A DNA stretch of 64,000 nucleotides from Christensenellales bacterium (GTDB taxonomy: Bacteria > Bacillota > Clostridia > Christensenellales > DTU072), in NCBI GenBank assembly GCA_050309775.1, contig JBNRMV010000005.1, forward strand, positions 5,460-69,459, written 5' to 3'. The notes beneath the pieces were generated by a model, which worked only from the letters and a program-made list of their open reading frames with translations, did no database searches and was not told the DNA's origin. Of this stretch, positions 45,823 through 55,745 are shown in pieces. Position 1 is the stretch's first letter; each line of letters starts with the position of its first letter. Both the position numbers and the translations under genes were made by a program.

Positions 45823-46725
45823 TTATGCAAAAAGCCCTTCTATGAATTCCGCAAAGTCTCCATAGACTTCGTCTCTGTTTGTTTCATTGAGTATTTCGTG
45901 TCTTGCGCCCTCATAAATCTTCATGTCGACATTGAGTTCCAGCGATTTGTAGAAGTCAAAAAGCTTTTGGGCAAGTTTTGCGTTCTGGGAGACGGGGTCG
46001 TCGCTGCCTACGGCAATGAATATGGGTAGTTTTTTATTTATGTTCAGCGCGTCTGCGCCGTACATGCTCATCACGCCCTTAAAGAACGACTTATAAAAAC
46101 CTATGGACATGACATGTCCGCAATACTCGTCCTTTTCGTATTTGTCAACTTGCTCTTTGTCTCTTGACAGCCAAGCAAATTTTTGTCCCTGCGCTTCAAA
46201 AGGCTTATTATAAGCTCCAAAGCTCATTTTGTCGATAAGCTTGCCGGGTTTGTCGGCGCCAAACAAGAAGTTTTGCACCGAAGCAATAGCCAAGCCAGCG
46301 CCTACCAACGCATTTTTCATATGCGCCGTACCGCTGAGAATGACGCCCTTTATTTTGTTGGAATATTTTTCGATATAGGCTTGTGAAAGGAAACTTCCAT
46401 AGCTGTGTCCGACAAGAGCCACCTCAACATTGTAGGTGTTCTTGATGTAGTCCACCAGCATGTCCATATCTTTAATGGTTTGCACAAAGCTGTTACCGTC
46501 TACCTGACCCTTTTCGCCGGCGGCAGAATATCTGTGTCCTCTGTGGTCGTCTGCTAGGACAACATAACCCAGCTTGTTCAGATACAACGCAAAATCATCG
46601 TATCTGTCGGGATGTTCCGCCATGCCGTGGGCGATGAGTATGCCGCCTTTTGGTTGGTCAACTTTGTCCCAAATGTTGACGCTTATTTTTTTGTTGTCAT
46701 ATGTATCCATCTTGATTTGTTTCAT
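45823..46725 (-). CDS. Alpha/beta hydrolase, lysophospholipase L2/monoacylglycerol lipase-like
   Basis: AHGMAEH, DHRGH, GHSYG nucleophile, GSDDPV, YEGARHEILNE. Confidence 0.85.
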   Translation of the reverse strand: MKQIKMDTYDNKKISVNIWDKVDQPKGGILIAHGMAEHPDRYDDFALYLNKLGYVVLADDHRGHRYSAAGEKGQVDGNSFVQTIKDMDMLVDYIKNTYNVEVALVGHSYGSFLSQAYIEKYSNKIKGVILSGTAHMKNALVGAGLAIASVQNFLFGADKPGKLIDKMSFGAYNKPFEAQGQKFAWLSRDKEQVDKYEKDEYCGHVMSIGFYKSFFKGVMSMYGADALNINKKLPIFIAVGSDDPVSQNAKLAQKLFDFYKSLELNVDMKIYEGARHEILNETNRDEVYGDFAEFIEGLFA

Positions 46726-46757
46726 AGCTTACCTCACAATATATATTATACTAAAAC

Positions 46758-46786
46758 ATTATACAACTTAATGTCAAGACAATCAA
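46758..46786 (-). promoter_or_regulatory. SigA-type promoter for the lysophospholipase-like gene
   Basis: TTGATT-17 nt-TATAAT. Confidence 0.55.
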
Positions 46787-46875
46787 GAGCCAATAATACC
46801 TTTCTTGCCTTTATCAACGAATTGAATTTGTTCATACTATATTAGTGAATTGAGAAATTCCAGGAGTTGTTTTTT

Positions 46876-47910
46876 ATGAAAATTGTATTGACGGGAGGAG
46901 GCACGGCAGGACATATTATCCCCAACCTTGCACTAGTACCCGAACTTAAGAAATATTTTGATGCCATACATTATATCGGCGGCGACGGCATGGAAAAGGA
47001 TTTGGTAAAAGCCGCAGGGCTGCCTTTTCATAGCACCGAAGTAATAAAACTTGACCGCTCTCACCTGTTGAAAAATGCAAAAATACCCTTTGTCATGATA
47101 AAGGCTATTCGCAGCGCAACAGCCATATTGGATACCATAAAGCCCGATTTAGTATTCTCAAAAGGCGGTTATGCCGCCTTGCCTACCTGCTTTGCCGCAA
47201 GGCGGCTGAACATACCCGTAGTCTTGCACGAATCAGATATGACGCTGGGACTGGCAAACAAACTGACGGCAAGATTTGCCAAACTTACGCTTACTTCCTT
47301 TGAGGAAACGGAAGGCGGAGAATATATCGGCAACCCCGTTCGCAACGAAATATTTGAAGGCAAAAAGGCGCGCGCCGTCAAAAACTATCTGTTGCCCGAA
47401 AACCGCCCTATTTTGCTTGTTGTCGGCGGTAGCAGCGGAAGCGCCGCCATAAATGACGCCGTCTATGCTGCGTTGCCGAAATTGACAAAAGATTTTTTTG
47501 TAATTCATATTGCCGGCAAAAACGGCAACAAAGATATAAAATTCTCACAGTACTTACAATTGGAATATGCTTTTGACATAAACGACTTGTTTGCCGCCGC
47601 CGATGTCGTTGTGTCACGCGGCGGAGCAAACAGCCTGTCCGAGCTGGCTGCGCTTGGCAAAACGACTCTTGTCATACCCTTGCCCAAAGGCGGCTCCCGG
47701 GGCGACCAAGTTGACAATGCCTTGTCCTACCATAAAAAAGGACTTGTCACTATGCTGGAACAAAGTTTGCTTACCCCCGATACACTTGCGGAAAATATTA
47801 AAAAACTCTATCTTTCACGCCGCGTCAGCGTAAAGAAAATGGCGGCAGACACAAATGTAAGGATAGTAAAGAGGCTGCTTGAAGTTATAGCGCAAAACAA
47901 CAAACAATAA
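46876..47910 (+). CDS. murG: UDP-GlcNAc:lipid I transferase MurG (stand-alone copy)
   Basis: TGGGTAGH, KGGYAALP, HESD, GNPVR, GGSSGS, SRGGANS, DQVDNA. Start at ATG 46876 after SD AGGAG. Confidence 0.92.
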   Translation: MKIVLTGGGTAGHIIPNLALVPELKKYFDAIHYIGGDGMEKDLVKAAGLPFHSTEVIKLDRSHLLKNAKIPFVMIKAIRSATAILDTIKPDLVFSKGGYAALPTCFAARRLNIPVVLHESDMTLGLANKLTARFAKLTLTSFEETEGGEYIGNPVRNEIFEGKKARAVKNYLLPENRPILLVVGGSSGSAAINDAVYAALPKLTKDFFVIHIAGKNGNKDIKFSQYLQLEYAFDINDLFAAADVVVSRGGANSLSELAALGKTTLVIPLPKGGSRGDQVDNALSYHKKGLVTMLEQSLLTPDTLAENIKKLYLSRRVSVKKMAADTNVRIVKRLLEVIAQNNKQ

Positions 47911-47950
47911 AAAAATGGGACTATCCTTACGACGGCCCCACCTTTTCTTT
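47909..47950 (-). terminator. Intrinsic terminator after gap (between convergent murG and gap)
   Basis: Minus strand TGGGGCCGTC-GTAAG-GATAGTCCCA followed by a T-tract; stem has G-U pairs and one mismatch. Confidence 0.65.
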
Positions 47951-47985
47951 TGTGTACAATATATTCTTGTAAAATTATTGTTTGA

Positions 47986-49023
<1,038 letters not shown>

Positions 49024-49042
49024 TTATTTGTTCTGTGTCATA

Positions 49043-49071
49043 ATTCTAATATTTTTTCCTATAAATAGCAA
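49043..49071 (-). promoter_or_regulatory. SigA-type promoter for gap
   Basis: TTGCTA-17 nt-TAGAAT; SD AGGAGG downstream. Confidence 0.6.
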
Positions 49072-49120
49072 ATATATTCAAAATAAATTTATCGGTAAAA
49101 TAATAGCAAAACTTGCATAT

Positions 49121-51520
49121 TTATTTTATTACTAAATTTATTATTTTGCCGGCTACATATATGACCTTTATTATTTCCTTTCCGTTGAGCAGGTTTGTGG
49201 TGCTTTTTATGATATCCAGCGCTTCCTGCTGAGTAGCGGATGCGGATACGGTAATTCTGCCCTTCAGTTTTCCGTTAAGCTGAACCGGCATGTCGACTTC
49301 GTCTTTTTTCAGCGCATTTTCGTCATATGACGGCCATTTCTGCCGTTCAATTTTTGCGCCGTTGTTTATTATTTCGTATATCTCGCTGGTGATATGTGGC
49401 ACAATCGGATATATTATCAACAATATTTTGTTGTACTCGTCTTTTGTGACATATCCTCTTTGATAAATGTCATTGACCGTCGCCATAACCTGAGCAATTG
49501 CCGTATTGAACTTCAGCGTTTCATAATCTTCGTCAACTTTTTTTATGCACAAATCTATGTTTACGCCTCCCTTCTCGCCTTCTTTAATCATGTCCATAAG
49601 ATTCCACAATCTGTTGAGGAAGCGTGAGCAGCCTTTTATGGCGTCGGGATTCCAAGGCGCGCTCTTTTCGTAATCGCCGATAAACAGCGTAAAAAGCCTC
49701 AGCACATCGGCGCCGTATTCTTTAATAACATCGTCGGGGTTTACCACATTGTTTCTGGATTTGCTCATCTTTTCGCCGTCTGCGCCAAGTATCAGACCTT
49801 GCGCCGAACGCCTTAGGTACGGCTCCGCATGCGTAACTACTCCGATATCGTACAAAAACATATTCCAAAACCGGGAGTATATCAAGTGTCTTGTTACATG
49901 CTCCATTCCGCCGTTGTACCAGTCCACTTGTCCCCAGTATTTGTAGGCTTCGGGGCTGACTACATGTTCGTTGTCGTTCGGGCTCATATATCTAAGGAAG
50001 TACCAACTGCTGCCCGCCCATTGCGGCATGGTGTCGGTTTCTCTTGTGGCTGCGCCTCCGCAAACCGGGCAAGTGGTGTTTACCCACTCCGTAACTTTTG
50101 AAAGCGGAGAAGACGCGTCATCGGTCGGAGAAAAATCTTCAAGTTTTGGCAGCACCAACGGCAAGTCCTTTTCGGGAACAGGCACTTGACCGCACTTGGG
50201 ACAATTTATTATTGGTATGGGCTCGCCCCAATATCTTTGGCGGTTGAATGCCCAGTCTTTCATTTTGAAATCCGTCTTGGGCATGCCTATGCCAAGATTT
50301 TCCATATAAGCTATCATTGCGTCAATGGCAACCTCAACCCTCATGCCGTTCAAAAAGCCGGAGTTGACCATTGTTCCACCGTCTTTGGCTACATACGCTT
50401 CCTTTGTTATGTCGCCGCCTTTTATGACTTCAATAATCGGCAGGTTGTATTTTTTTGCAAAATCATAGTCCCTTGTGTCATGCGCAGGCACCGCCATAAT
50501 TGCGCCTGTGCCGTAGTCCATCATTACATAGTCGGCAATAAATACGGGTATTTCTTCATTTGTAATGGGATTCTTGGCAAAGACGCCGTCAAGTCTGACG
50601 CCGGTTTTTTCTTTTGTGAGATGCACTCTTTCAAACTCTTTCTTGAGCTTTGCTTGTTGCTGATATTCTGTCGTTTGACCTTTATTCTTTATGCTGTCGG
50701 CAAAATATTCAAGCATGGGATGCTCGGGAGATACGACAAGGAATGTCGCGCCATAAATGGTATCGGGTCTTGTGGTATATACGACAAGCGGATACTCTTT
50801 TTTGTTGTCGGAAACAAAGAACTTGACTTCGGCTCCATGTGACTTGCCTATCCAGTTTTGTTGTTCTGTTTTTATTTTTTCGGGAAAATCCACCTGTTCC
50901 AAACCGCTGAGCAATCTGTCGGCATAATTTCGGATACGCAAAAACCATACATCCTTTTCTTTTTGGATGACTTCTGAGCCGCAGCGGTCGCAAACGCCGT
51001 CTTGCGATTCCTCATTTGCCAGCACGACTTTGCAGTCGGGGCAAAAGTTCACCAATGTTTTTGACTTGTATGCCAAGCCCTTTTTGAACAGTTGAATAAA
51101 TATCCATTGTGTCCACTTGTAATAATTTTCGTCCGTAGTGTCTATGACACGGTCCCAGTTGAAACTATAACCAATGGCCTTAAGCTGTTTCTCAAACTGC
51201 TTTATGTTGTCGTCGGTAACCTTGCGCGGATGTTGTTTTGTCTTTATGGCATAGTTCTCTGTGGGCAATCCGAAAGCGTCATAGCCGATGGGAAAAAGCA
51301 CATTGTAACCCTGCAAGCGTCTTTTTCTTGAGATAACTTCCATGGAAGAAAAAGCTCTTATATGTCCGACATGCAGTCCTGAACCCGACGGATAAGGGAA
51401 CTCTATCAGCCCATAGAACTTCTTTTTATTGCTGTCTCCGGCAACTTCAAATGTCTTGTTGCCGTACCAATAATTCTGCCATTTTTTTTCTATTTCCTTA
51501 GGGTTATATACTTTTGTCAT
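49121..51520 (-). CDS. leuS: Leucine--tRNA ligase
   Basis: FPYPSGSGLHVGH, YTTRPDT, GTGAIMAVPAHD, RQRYWGEPIP, KMSKS. Confidence 0.96.
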   Translation of the reverse strand: MTKVYNPKEIEKKWQNYWYGNKTFEVAGDSNKKKFYGLIEFPYPSGSGLHVGHIRAFSSMEVISRKRRLQGYNVLFPIGYDAFGLPTENYAIKTKQHPRKVTDDNIKQFEKQLKAIGYSFNWDRVIDTTDENYYKWTQWIFIQLFKKGLAYKSKTLVNFCPDCKVVLANEESQDGVCDRCGSEVIQKEKDVWFLRIRNYADRLLSGLEQVDFPEKIKTEQQNWIGKSHGAEVKFFVSDNKKEYPLVVYTTRPDTIYGATFLVVSPEHPMLEYFADSIKNKGQTTEYQQQAKLKKEFERVHLTKEKTGVRLDGVFAKNPITNEEIPVFIADYVMMDYGTGAIMAVPAHDTRDYDFAKKYNLPIIEVIKGGDITKEAYVAKDGGTMVNSGFLNGMRVEVAIDAMIAYMENLGIGMPKTDFKMKDWAFNRQRYWGEPIPIINCPKCGQVPVPEKDLPLVLPKLEDFSPTDDASSPLSKVTEWVNTTCPVCGGAATRETDTMPQWAGSSWYFLRYMSPNDNEHVVSPEAYKYWGQVDWYNGGMEHVTRHLIYSRFWNMFLYDIGVVTHAEPYLRRSAQGLILGADGEKMSKSRNNVVNPDDVIKEYGADVLRLFTLFIGDYEKSAPWNPDAIKGCSRFLNRLWNLMDMIKEGEKGGVNIDLCIKKVDEDYETLKFNTAIAQVMATVNDIYQRGYVTKDEYNKILLIIYPIVPHITSEIYEIINNGAKIERQKWPSYDENALKKDEVDMPVQLNGKLKGRITVSASATQQEALDIIKSTTNLLNGKEIIKVIYVAGKIINLVIK

Positions 51521-51551
51521 TTGAGTACCTCATACTTCAAAAATTCCTTTT

Positions 51552-51580
51552 ATGATAGCACGCAGATACTTCTTTGTCAA
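51552..51580 (-). promoter_or_regulatory. SigA-type promoter for leuS
   Basis: TTGACA-17 nt-TATCAT with extended TG, about 30 nt upstream of the ATG. Confidence 0.7.
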
Positions 51581-51656
51581 ATAGACTGGCAATTTTTCAA
51601 CTTTTTTGTTAATATTATCTTATCTACCAAATAATACAAAGGTAAACGGAGGAATT

Positions 51657-52484
51657 ATGCAAGCATTTTGGGATAAGGTAATCTTATTTTTTGAAACAAC
51701 AGGACTCAATATTCTTATGGCGATAGTCGTGCTTTTCCTTGGACTGCTTATTACAAAAACCGTTTCAAGAGTTTCAAAATCCTCATTACAACGCACGGCG
51801 ATAGAGGGCGCCACGGCGTCATTCATTGTTTCAATCATAAACTTTGCTATGAAGCTGGTACTGCTGTTTCTTGTAATCAGCATACTGTTCCCCAACGCTT
51901 CGGCGGGGCTGATAGCCGTACTGGGAACGGCAGGTCTGGCAATAGGCTTGGCGCTACAAGGCAGCTTATCAAACTTTGCCAACGGCATAATCATCATATT
52001 CACAAAGCCTTTCAAAGAGGGCGATTATGTAGAGATAGGCAACATAGCCGGCAGCATACGCTCAATAGGCATACTCACAACGGAGCTTTTGACGCCCGAC
52101 AACAAAAAGATAGTTCTCAACAACACAAAAGTTATCAGCAGCGAAATAACAAACTATTCCGCACGGCCCACAAGACGGTTGGACATGAACTTTACGGTAG
52201 CGTACGGCACCGATATGCAAAAAGTAAAGGACATCTTGAAGTCAGCCGCCGAACAGCATGAGGACATACTTGACACTCCCGAACCTATGTTCCGCATACA
52301 AAAACAAGAAAAAGGCGCTGTCACCTTTTTATTTAGGGTTTGGGTTCCCACATCAAAGTATTGGGCTATCTTTTTTGACACTAACGAAAGAGTGTATCAG
52401 GCGTTCCAACAAAATGGCATCAATCCCGGTTATGACACCGTCCAAAGACTTACGAATTCAGAGCAAAGCGAGGTTGAACAATGA
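51657..52484 (+). CDS. mscS: Small-conductance mechanosensitive channel MscS family
   Basis: GLAIGLALQGSLSNFANG...KPFKEGDYVEI, ITNYS, VAYGTD. Start at ATG 51657 after SD GGAGG. Confidence 0.9.
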   Translation: MQAFWDKVILFFETTGLNILMAIVVLFLGLLITKTVSRVSKSSLQRTAIEGATASFIVSIINFAMKLVLLFLVISILFPNASAGLIAVLGTAGLAIGLALQGSLSNFANGIIIIFTKPFKEGDYVEIGNIAGSIRSIGILTTELLTPDNKKIVLNNTKVISSEITNYSARPTRRLDMNFTVAYGTDMQKVKDILKSAAEQHEDILDTPEPMFRIQKQEKGAVTFLFRVWVPTSKYWAIFFDTNERVYQAFQQNGINPGYDTVQRLTNSEQSEVEQ

Positions 52485-53029
52485 AAAAGGCATTCGGATA
52501 CTTGGGAATACTTGGCGCATGCGCGCTTGCCGTTCTTGCAACGCTTTTTATTCTTGAAATAATCACCTTGACGCTCTGGGTAAAATACCTCTTTTTATTA
52601 AGCTGCCTTGCCGTAATCTTATCGCTATACTTACGCTATGGCAAAAGGACGATTTTTGAAGACTGCTTATACTGCTTGCGAATGGCGCGCAAAAAATTGC
52701 GCAGAATACAATTTGACAAAAAGGAAAGAACAGTGGGGTTATCACTATTGACTGTGCGGAATTATCTTGCTTTTGCAGAAAAATATATTGAGGACATATA
52801 TATCAGGTATGACTTGCACAAGCTGAAACAACATATTGAAAGTCTGAAAACCATTACCGCAGGTCTGACAAAGTCGCATCAGAACGAAGTTCAACGCAAC
52901 AAAGATGAATATTTGCTATTCTTAGAAAGCCTTTATGAAATTCTGGACGAAGAAACCCAAAGGATACTTGCCGAGAAAAAAGCGCTGAAAGAAGCGGGCA
53001 AGAGACAATCAAAAGGAAAGAAAAGCTAA
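52481..53029 (+). CDS. Hypothetical protein with two N-terminal TM helices and a helical soluble tail
   Basis: ATGA overlap with the mscS stop, SD GAGG; no recognisable family. Confidence 0.7.
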   Translation: MKKAFGYLGILGACALAVLATLFILEIITLTLWVKYLFLLSCLAVILSLYLRYGKRTIFEDCLYCLRMARKKLRRIQFDKKERTVGLSLLTVRNYLAFAEKYIEDIYIRYDLHKLKQHIESLKTITAGLTKSHQNEVQRNKDEYLLFLESLYEILDEETQRILAEKKALKEAGKRQSKGKKS

Positions 53030-53038
53030 TTTATAAAC

Positions 53039-53067
53039 AAATAAACCAATCGGACAAGGAATACAAT
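53039..53067 (+). promoter_or_regulatory. Putative SigE promoter for spmA-spmB
   Basis: AAATAAA-14 nt-AATACAAT matches the B. subtilis SigE consensus (xxATAxx-14-cATAcanT); spmAB is SigE-dependent in B. subtilis. Confidence 0.5.
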
Positions 53068-53072
53068 ATAAT

Positions 53073-53600
53073 ATGAATATTGTATTTTTTGTTATTTTAA
53101 TCAGTTCTATATACCTTATCACAAAAAATAACCCTCAAGATGTCATGGGTGTCATGTTGTCGGGTGTATCCAACAGCGTGGAATTATGTCTAAAACTGTT
53201 TGCTATCTACGCTATATGGCTTTCTGTGTTGAAAATTCTGGAAAAAGCCGAACTGGACAAAGGTTTGGCAAAGCTATTAAAAAAGCCCATCGGCTATCTT
53301 TTTTCAAATGAAAGTCAAGAGGCTTATAATTATTTATCGCTCAACATTTCTGCAAACATACTGGGAATGGGTGGCGCCGCCACTCCTACCGGCATAAAAT
53401 CCATGGAAACCATGCGTCACAAAAAGAATAAAATCATGCTTGTTGTGCTGAACGCAACCTCTATTCAGCTTATACCGACAACCATTGTTGCCATGCGCGC
53501 CACATTCGCCAGCGTCTCCGACATAATTTTACCCTCGCTTGTAGCAACAATATTTACTTCCGTCCTTTCAATCTTTTTAGTTAAGGTCTTTGTAAAATAA
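53073..53600 (+). CDS. spmA: Spore maturation protein A
   Basis: NISANILGMGGAATPTGIKSM, NATSIQLIPTTIVAMR; paired with spmB. Confidence 0.88.
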   Translation: MNIVFFVILISSIYLITKNNPQDVMGVMLSGVSNSVELCLKLFAIYAIWLSVLKILEKAELDKGLAKLLKKPIGYLFSNESQEAYNYLSLNISANILGMGGAATPTGIKSMETMRHKKNKIMLVVLNATSIQLIPTTIVAMRATFASVSDIILPSLVATIFTSVLSIFLVKVFVK

Positions 53601-54100
53601 TGCTGATTGTTCCTGTGCTGCTGCTGATAACTTTGTTTATCGCAATAATGAAAAATATTCCCGTTTATGACAGCTTTGTGGAAGGCATAAAAGAGGCGCT
53701 GAATCTTGTCATCAGCATTCTACCCTATCTTGCGGCAATACTTCTTTCAATCGAACTAATGCGCTCAAGCGGACTTTCCGCCATGTTGGGGAAGGCTGTA
53801 TCGCCGGTATTTGAGGTGTTTGGCATACCAAAAGAGCTTTGCGAGTTACTCATACTGCGCCCTTTGTCAGGTAGCGGCAGTCTTTCATTGCTGGAAACAA
53901 TCTATAAGGATTATGGTGTGGACAGCTATATTTCACGCTGCGCCAGCGCAATTATGGGCTCCAGCGACACAATTCTTTATGTTGTAGCCGTCTACTTTTC
54001 AACCTCAAAAGACAAAAAAAGCGGCTTGGCAATCCCCATAGCCGTCTTTGCCACCCTTGCAGGAGCGGTTTTTTCTTGCGCCATTTGCAGAATCATGTAA
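53600..54100 (+). CDS. spmB: Spore maturation protein B
   Basis: VYDSFVEGIKE, LRPLSGSGS, IMGSSDTILYVVAVYF. Confidence 0.9.
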   Translation: MLIVPVLLLITLFIAIMKNIPVYDSFVEGIKEALNLVISILPYLAAILLSIELMRSSGLSAMLGKAVSPVFEVFGIPKELCELLILRPLSGSGSLSLLETIYKDYGVDSYISRCASAIMGSSDTILYVVAVYFSTSKDKKSGLAIPIAVFATLAGAVFSCAICRIM

Positions 54101-54148
54101 TTTTTAGGGCATAGATATTTTTGCGAATACCGGCAATGCTACATGTTC

Positions 54149-54958
54149 TTACAATCCAATGGAAAATGGATATACCTTATTTTTATTTAATCCATATTTC
54201 TGACAAACAAGGCTGACGGCGTCTTTCTTGTCAATACCTGTTTCAACCAGCCGCTTTAGCTCTTGAACCATGTCCTCGCCGCTTATTTCTGTTTGCGCCT
54301 TTTCTGCCGCCTCAACTATTATGACATACTCGCCTTTGGGATTTTCGATTTCTATTTCGCCCAGGTTGCCGCTTACGGCGCTCTCATAAATCTTTGTTAT
54401 CTCTTTTATGACATGCGCCTTTCTATTGCCCAGCGTTTCATAAAGGAAAGTCAAGGTTGTTTTCAAATCGTGCGGAGAACAATATATCACCAGCGCCGTC
54501 GGAGCATCAATAAAAGGTTTTATTTTTTGCGTTCTGTCTTTGTTTTTGTCGCCAAGAAAGCCTAAAAATGTAAAAGCTCCCTCAATTCCGCTGAGCGCTA
54601 CGGCGGCAGTCAGCGCGCTTGCTCCGGGTATGACGGTTATTTCCATATCTCTTTCACGCAGCGTTTGTACCAGAATTGAACCGGGGTCGCTTATGCACGG
54701 CATACCGGCATCTGATACCAGCGCAACATTTTTGCCTTCGTTCAGCAAAGCCATAATCTGCTCGGCGCCCTCTCTCTCCTTGTGTTGGTGATAGCTTATG
54801 AGGGGTTTTTTTATTTCATATCTGGTCAGCAATTTCAAAGTATGTCTGGTGTCCTCGCAAGCAATGACATCTACTTCTTTCAATGTTTCGATTGCGCGAA
54901 GCGTTATATCCCCCATATTGCCTATCGGGGTGCCGACTAAAAAGCATTTTCCTGTCAT
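54149..54958 (-). CDS. rsmI: 16S rRNA (cytidine1402-2'-O)-methyltransferase
   Basis: VGTPIGNMGDIT.RA, ACEDTR, VSDAGMPCISDPG, EITKIYE, KGEYV. Confidence 0.95.
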   Translation of the reverse strand: MTGKCFLVGTPIGNMGDITLRAIETLKEVDVIACEDTRHTLKLLTRYEIKKPLISYHQHKEREGAEQIMALLNEGKNVALVSDAGMPCISDPGSILVQTLRERDMEITVIPGASALTAAVALSGIEGAFTFLGFLGDKNKDRTQKIKPFIDAPTALVIYCSPHDLKTTLTFLYETLGNRKAHVIKEITKIYESAVSGNLGEIEIENPKGEYVIIVEAAEKAQTEISGEDMVQELKRLVETGIDKKDAVSLVCQKYGLNKNKVYPFSIGL

Positions 54959-55668
54959 TTGTTGTACATTCTCCTCACTTCGTCGGTGTATTGTCCGTTC
55001 TCGTCATAGACCACAAGCGGCTTTGGCACAACAAGAGACGGTTTTCCGCCCTTTTTGCCCTCGACTATGACCGTATCTATATCCTTGCCGGCTTTTGGCT
55101 GAATAAGCGTAATTCTTTTTGGCTCAATGTTTTTTTGTTTCATATAAAAGATAATCTCCGCCAGCCTTTTGGCTTTGTTTATGATATAAAAAACTCCGCC
55201 AAATTTCAAAAGCTGCTCGGCTGATGCCACCACCTCTTCAAGCGTCACAAGCTGTTCCCTCTTGCAAATATCCACTTCCGTGGGGTTTTCTACGGCATCT
55301 TCATAAGGCGGATTGCTGACGGCAATGTCAAAGCCGCCGCCTATTATGTCTTTTGCCTGTTGCATGGGGCAATTGATTATTTTTATTCTGTCTGACAGCT
55401 TGTTGTGCGCAACTGACCTTTTCGCCATGTCGGCAAGCGCAGGCTGTATCTCAATGCCGACAATCTCTTTTGCGCTTGTTTTTGCCGCAATGATAATAGA
55501 GATTATTCCCGACCCTGCGCCAAGGTCTACAACCCGGTGTTTAGAAAAGGCTTTGACGCTGTTTGCCAAAAGAACGGCATCAGAAGTAAAGCGATAACCC
55601 TCCGTGTTTTGGATAATCTCCAGACCGTTGTATTCCAAATCCTCAAATCTTTCGTTTTGTTTCAGCAT
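54955..55668 (-). CDS. tRNA1(Val) A37 N6-methyltransferase family (YabB/TrmN6-like)
   Basis: IIQN..GYRFTSDAVLLA, DLGAGSG, SNPPY; upstream of rsmI as yabB is in Firmicutes. Confidence 0.85.
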   Translation of the reverse strand: MLKQNERFEDLEYNGLEIIQNTEGYRFTSDAVLLANSVKAFSKHRVVDLGAGSGIISIIIAAKTSAKEIVGIEIQPALADMAKRSVAHNKLSDRIKIINCPMQQAKDIIGGGFDIAVSNPPYEDAVENPTEVDICKREQLVTLEEVVASAEQLLKFGGVFYIINKAKRLAEIIFYMKQKNIEPKRITLIQPKAGKDIDTVIVEGKKGGKPSLVVPKPLVVYDENGQYTDEVRRMYNK

Positions 55669-55674
55669 AATGGT

Positions 55675-55683
55675 ATTATAGCA
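55675..55683 (-). promoter_or_regulatory. Extended -10 promoter for yabB-rsmI (leaderless geometry)
   Basis: TGcTATAAT followed by 6 nt and then the ATG; no SD. Confidence 0.6.
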
Positions 55684-55696
55684 TAAAAAGCTAAAA

Positions 55697-55723
55697 AAAG
55701 ACTGCTTTTGTCAAGCAGTCTTT
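55697..55723 (-). terminator. Intrinsic terminator after fba
   Basis: AAAGACTGCTT-5 nt-AAGCAGTCTTT perfect stem with a T-tract on the minus strand. Confidence 0.85.
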
Positions 55724-55745
55724 GGTTTTTATGTAGCTTTGCGTA

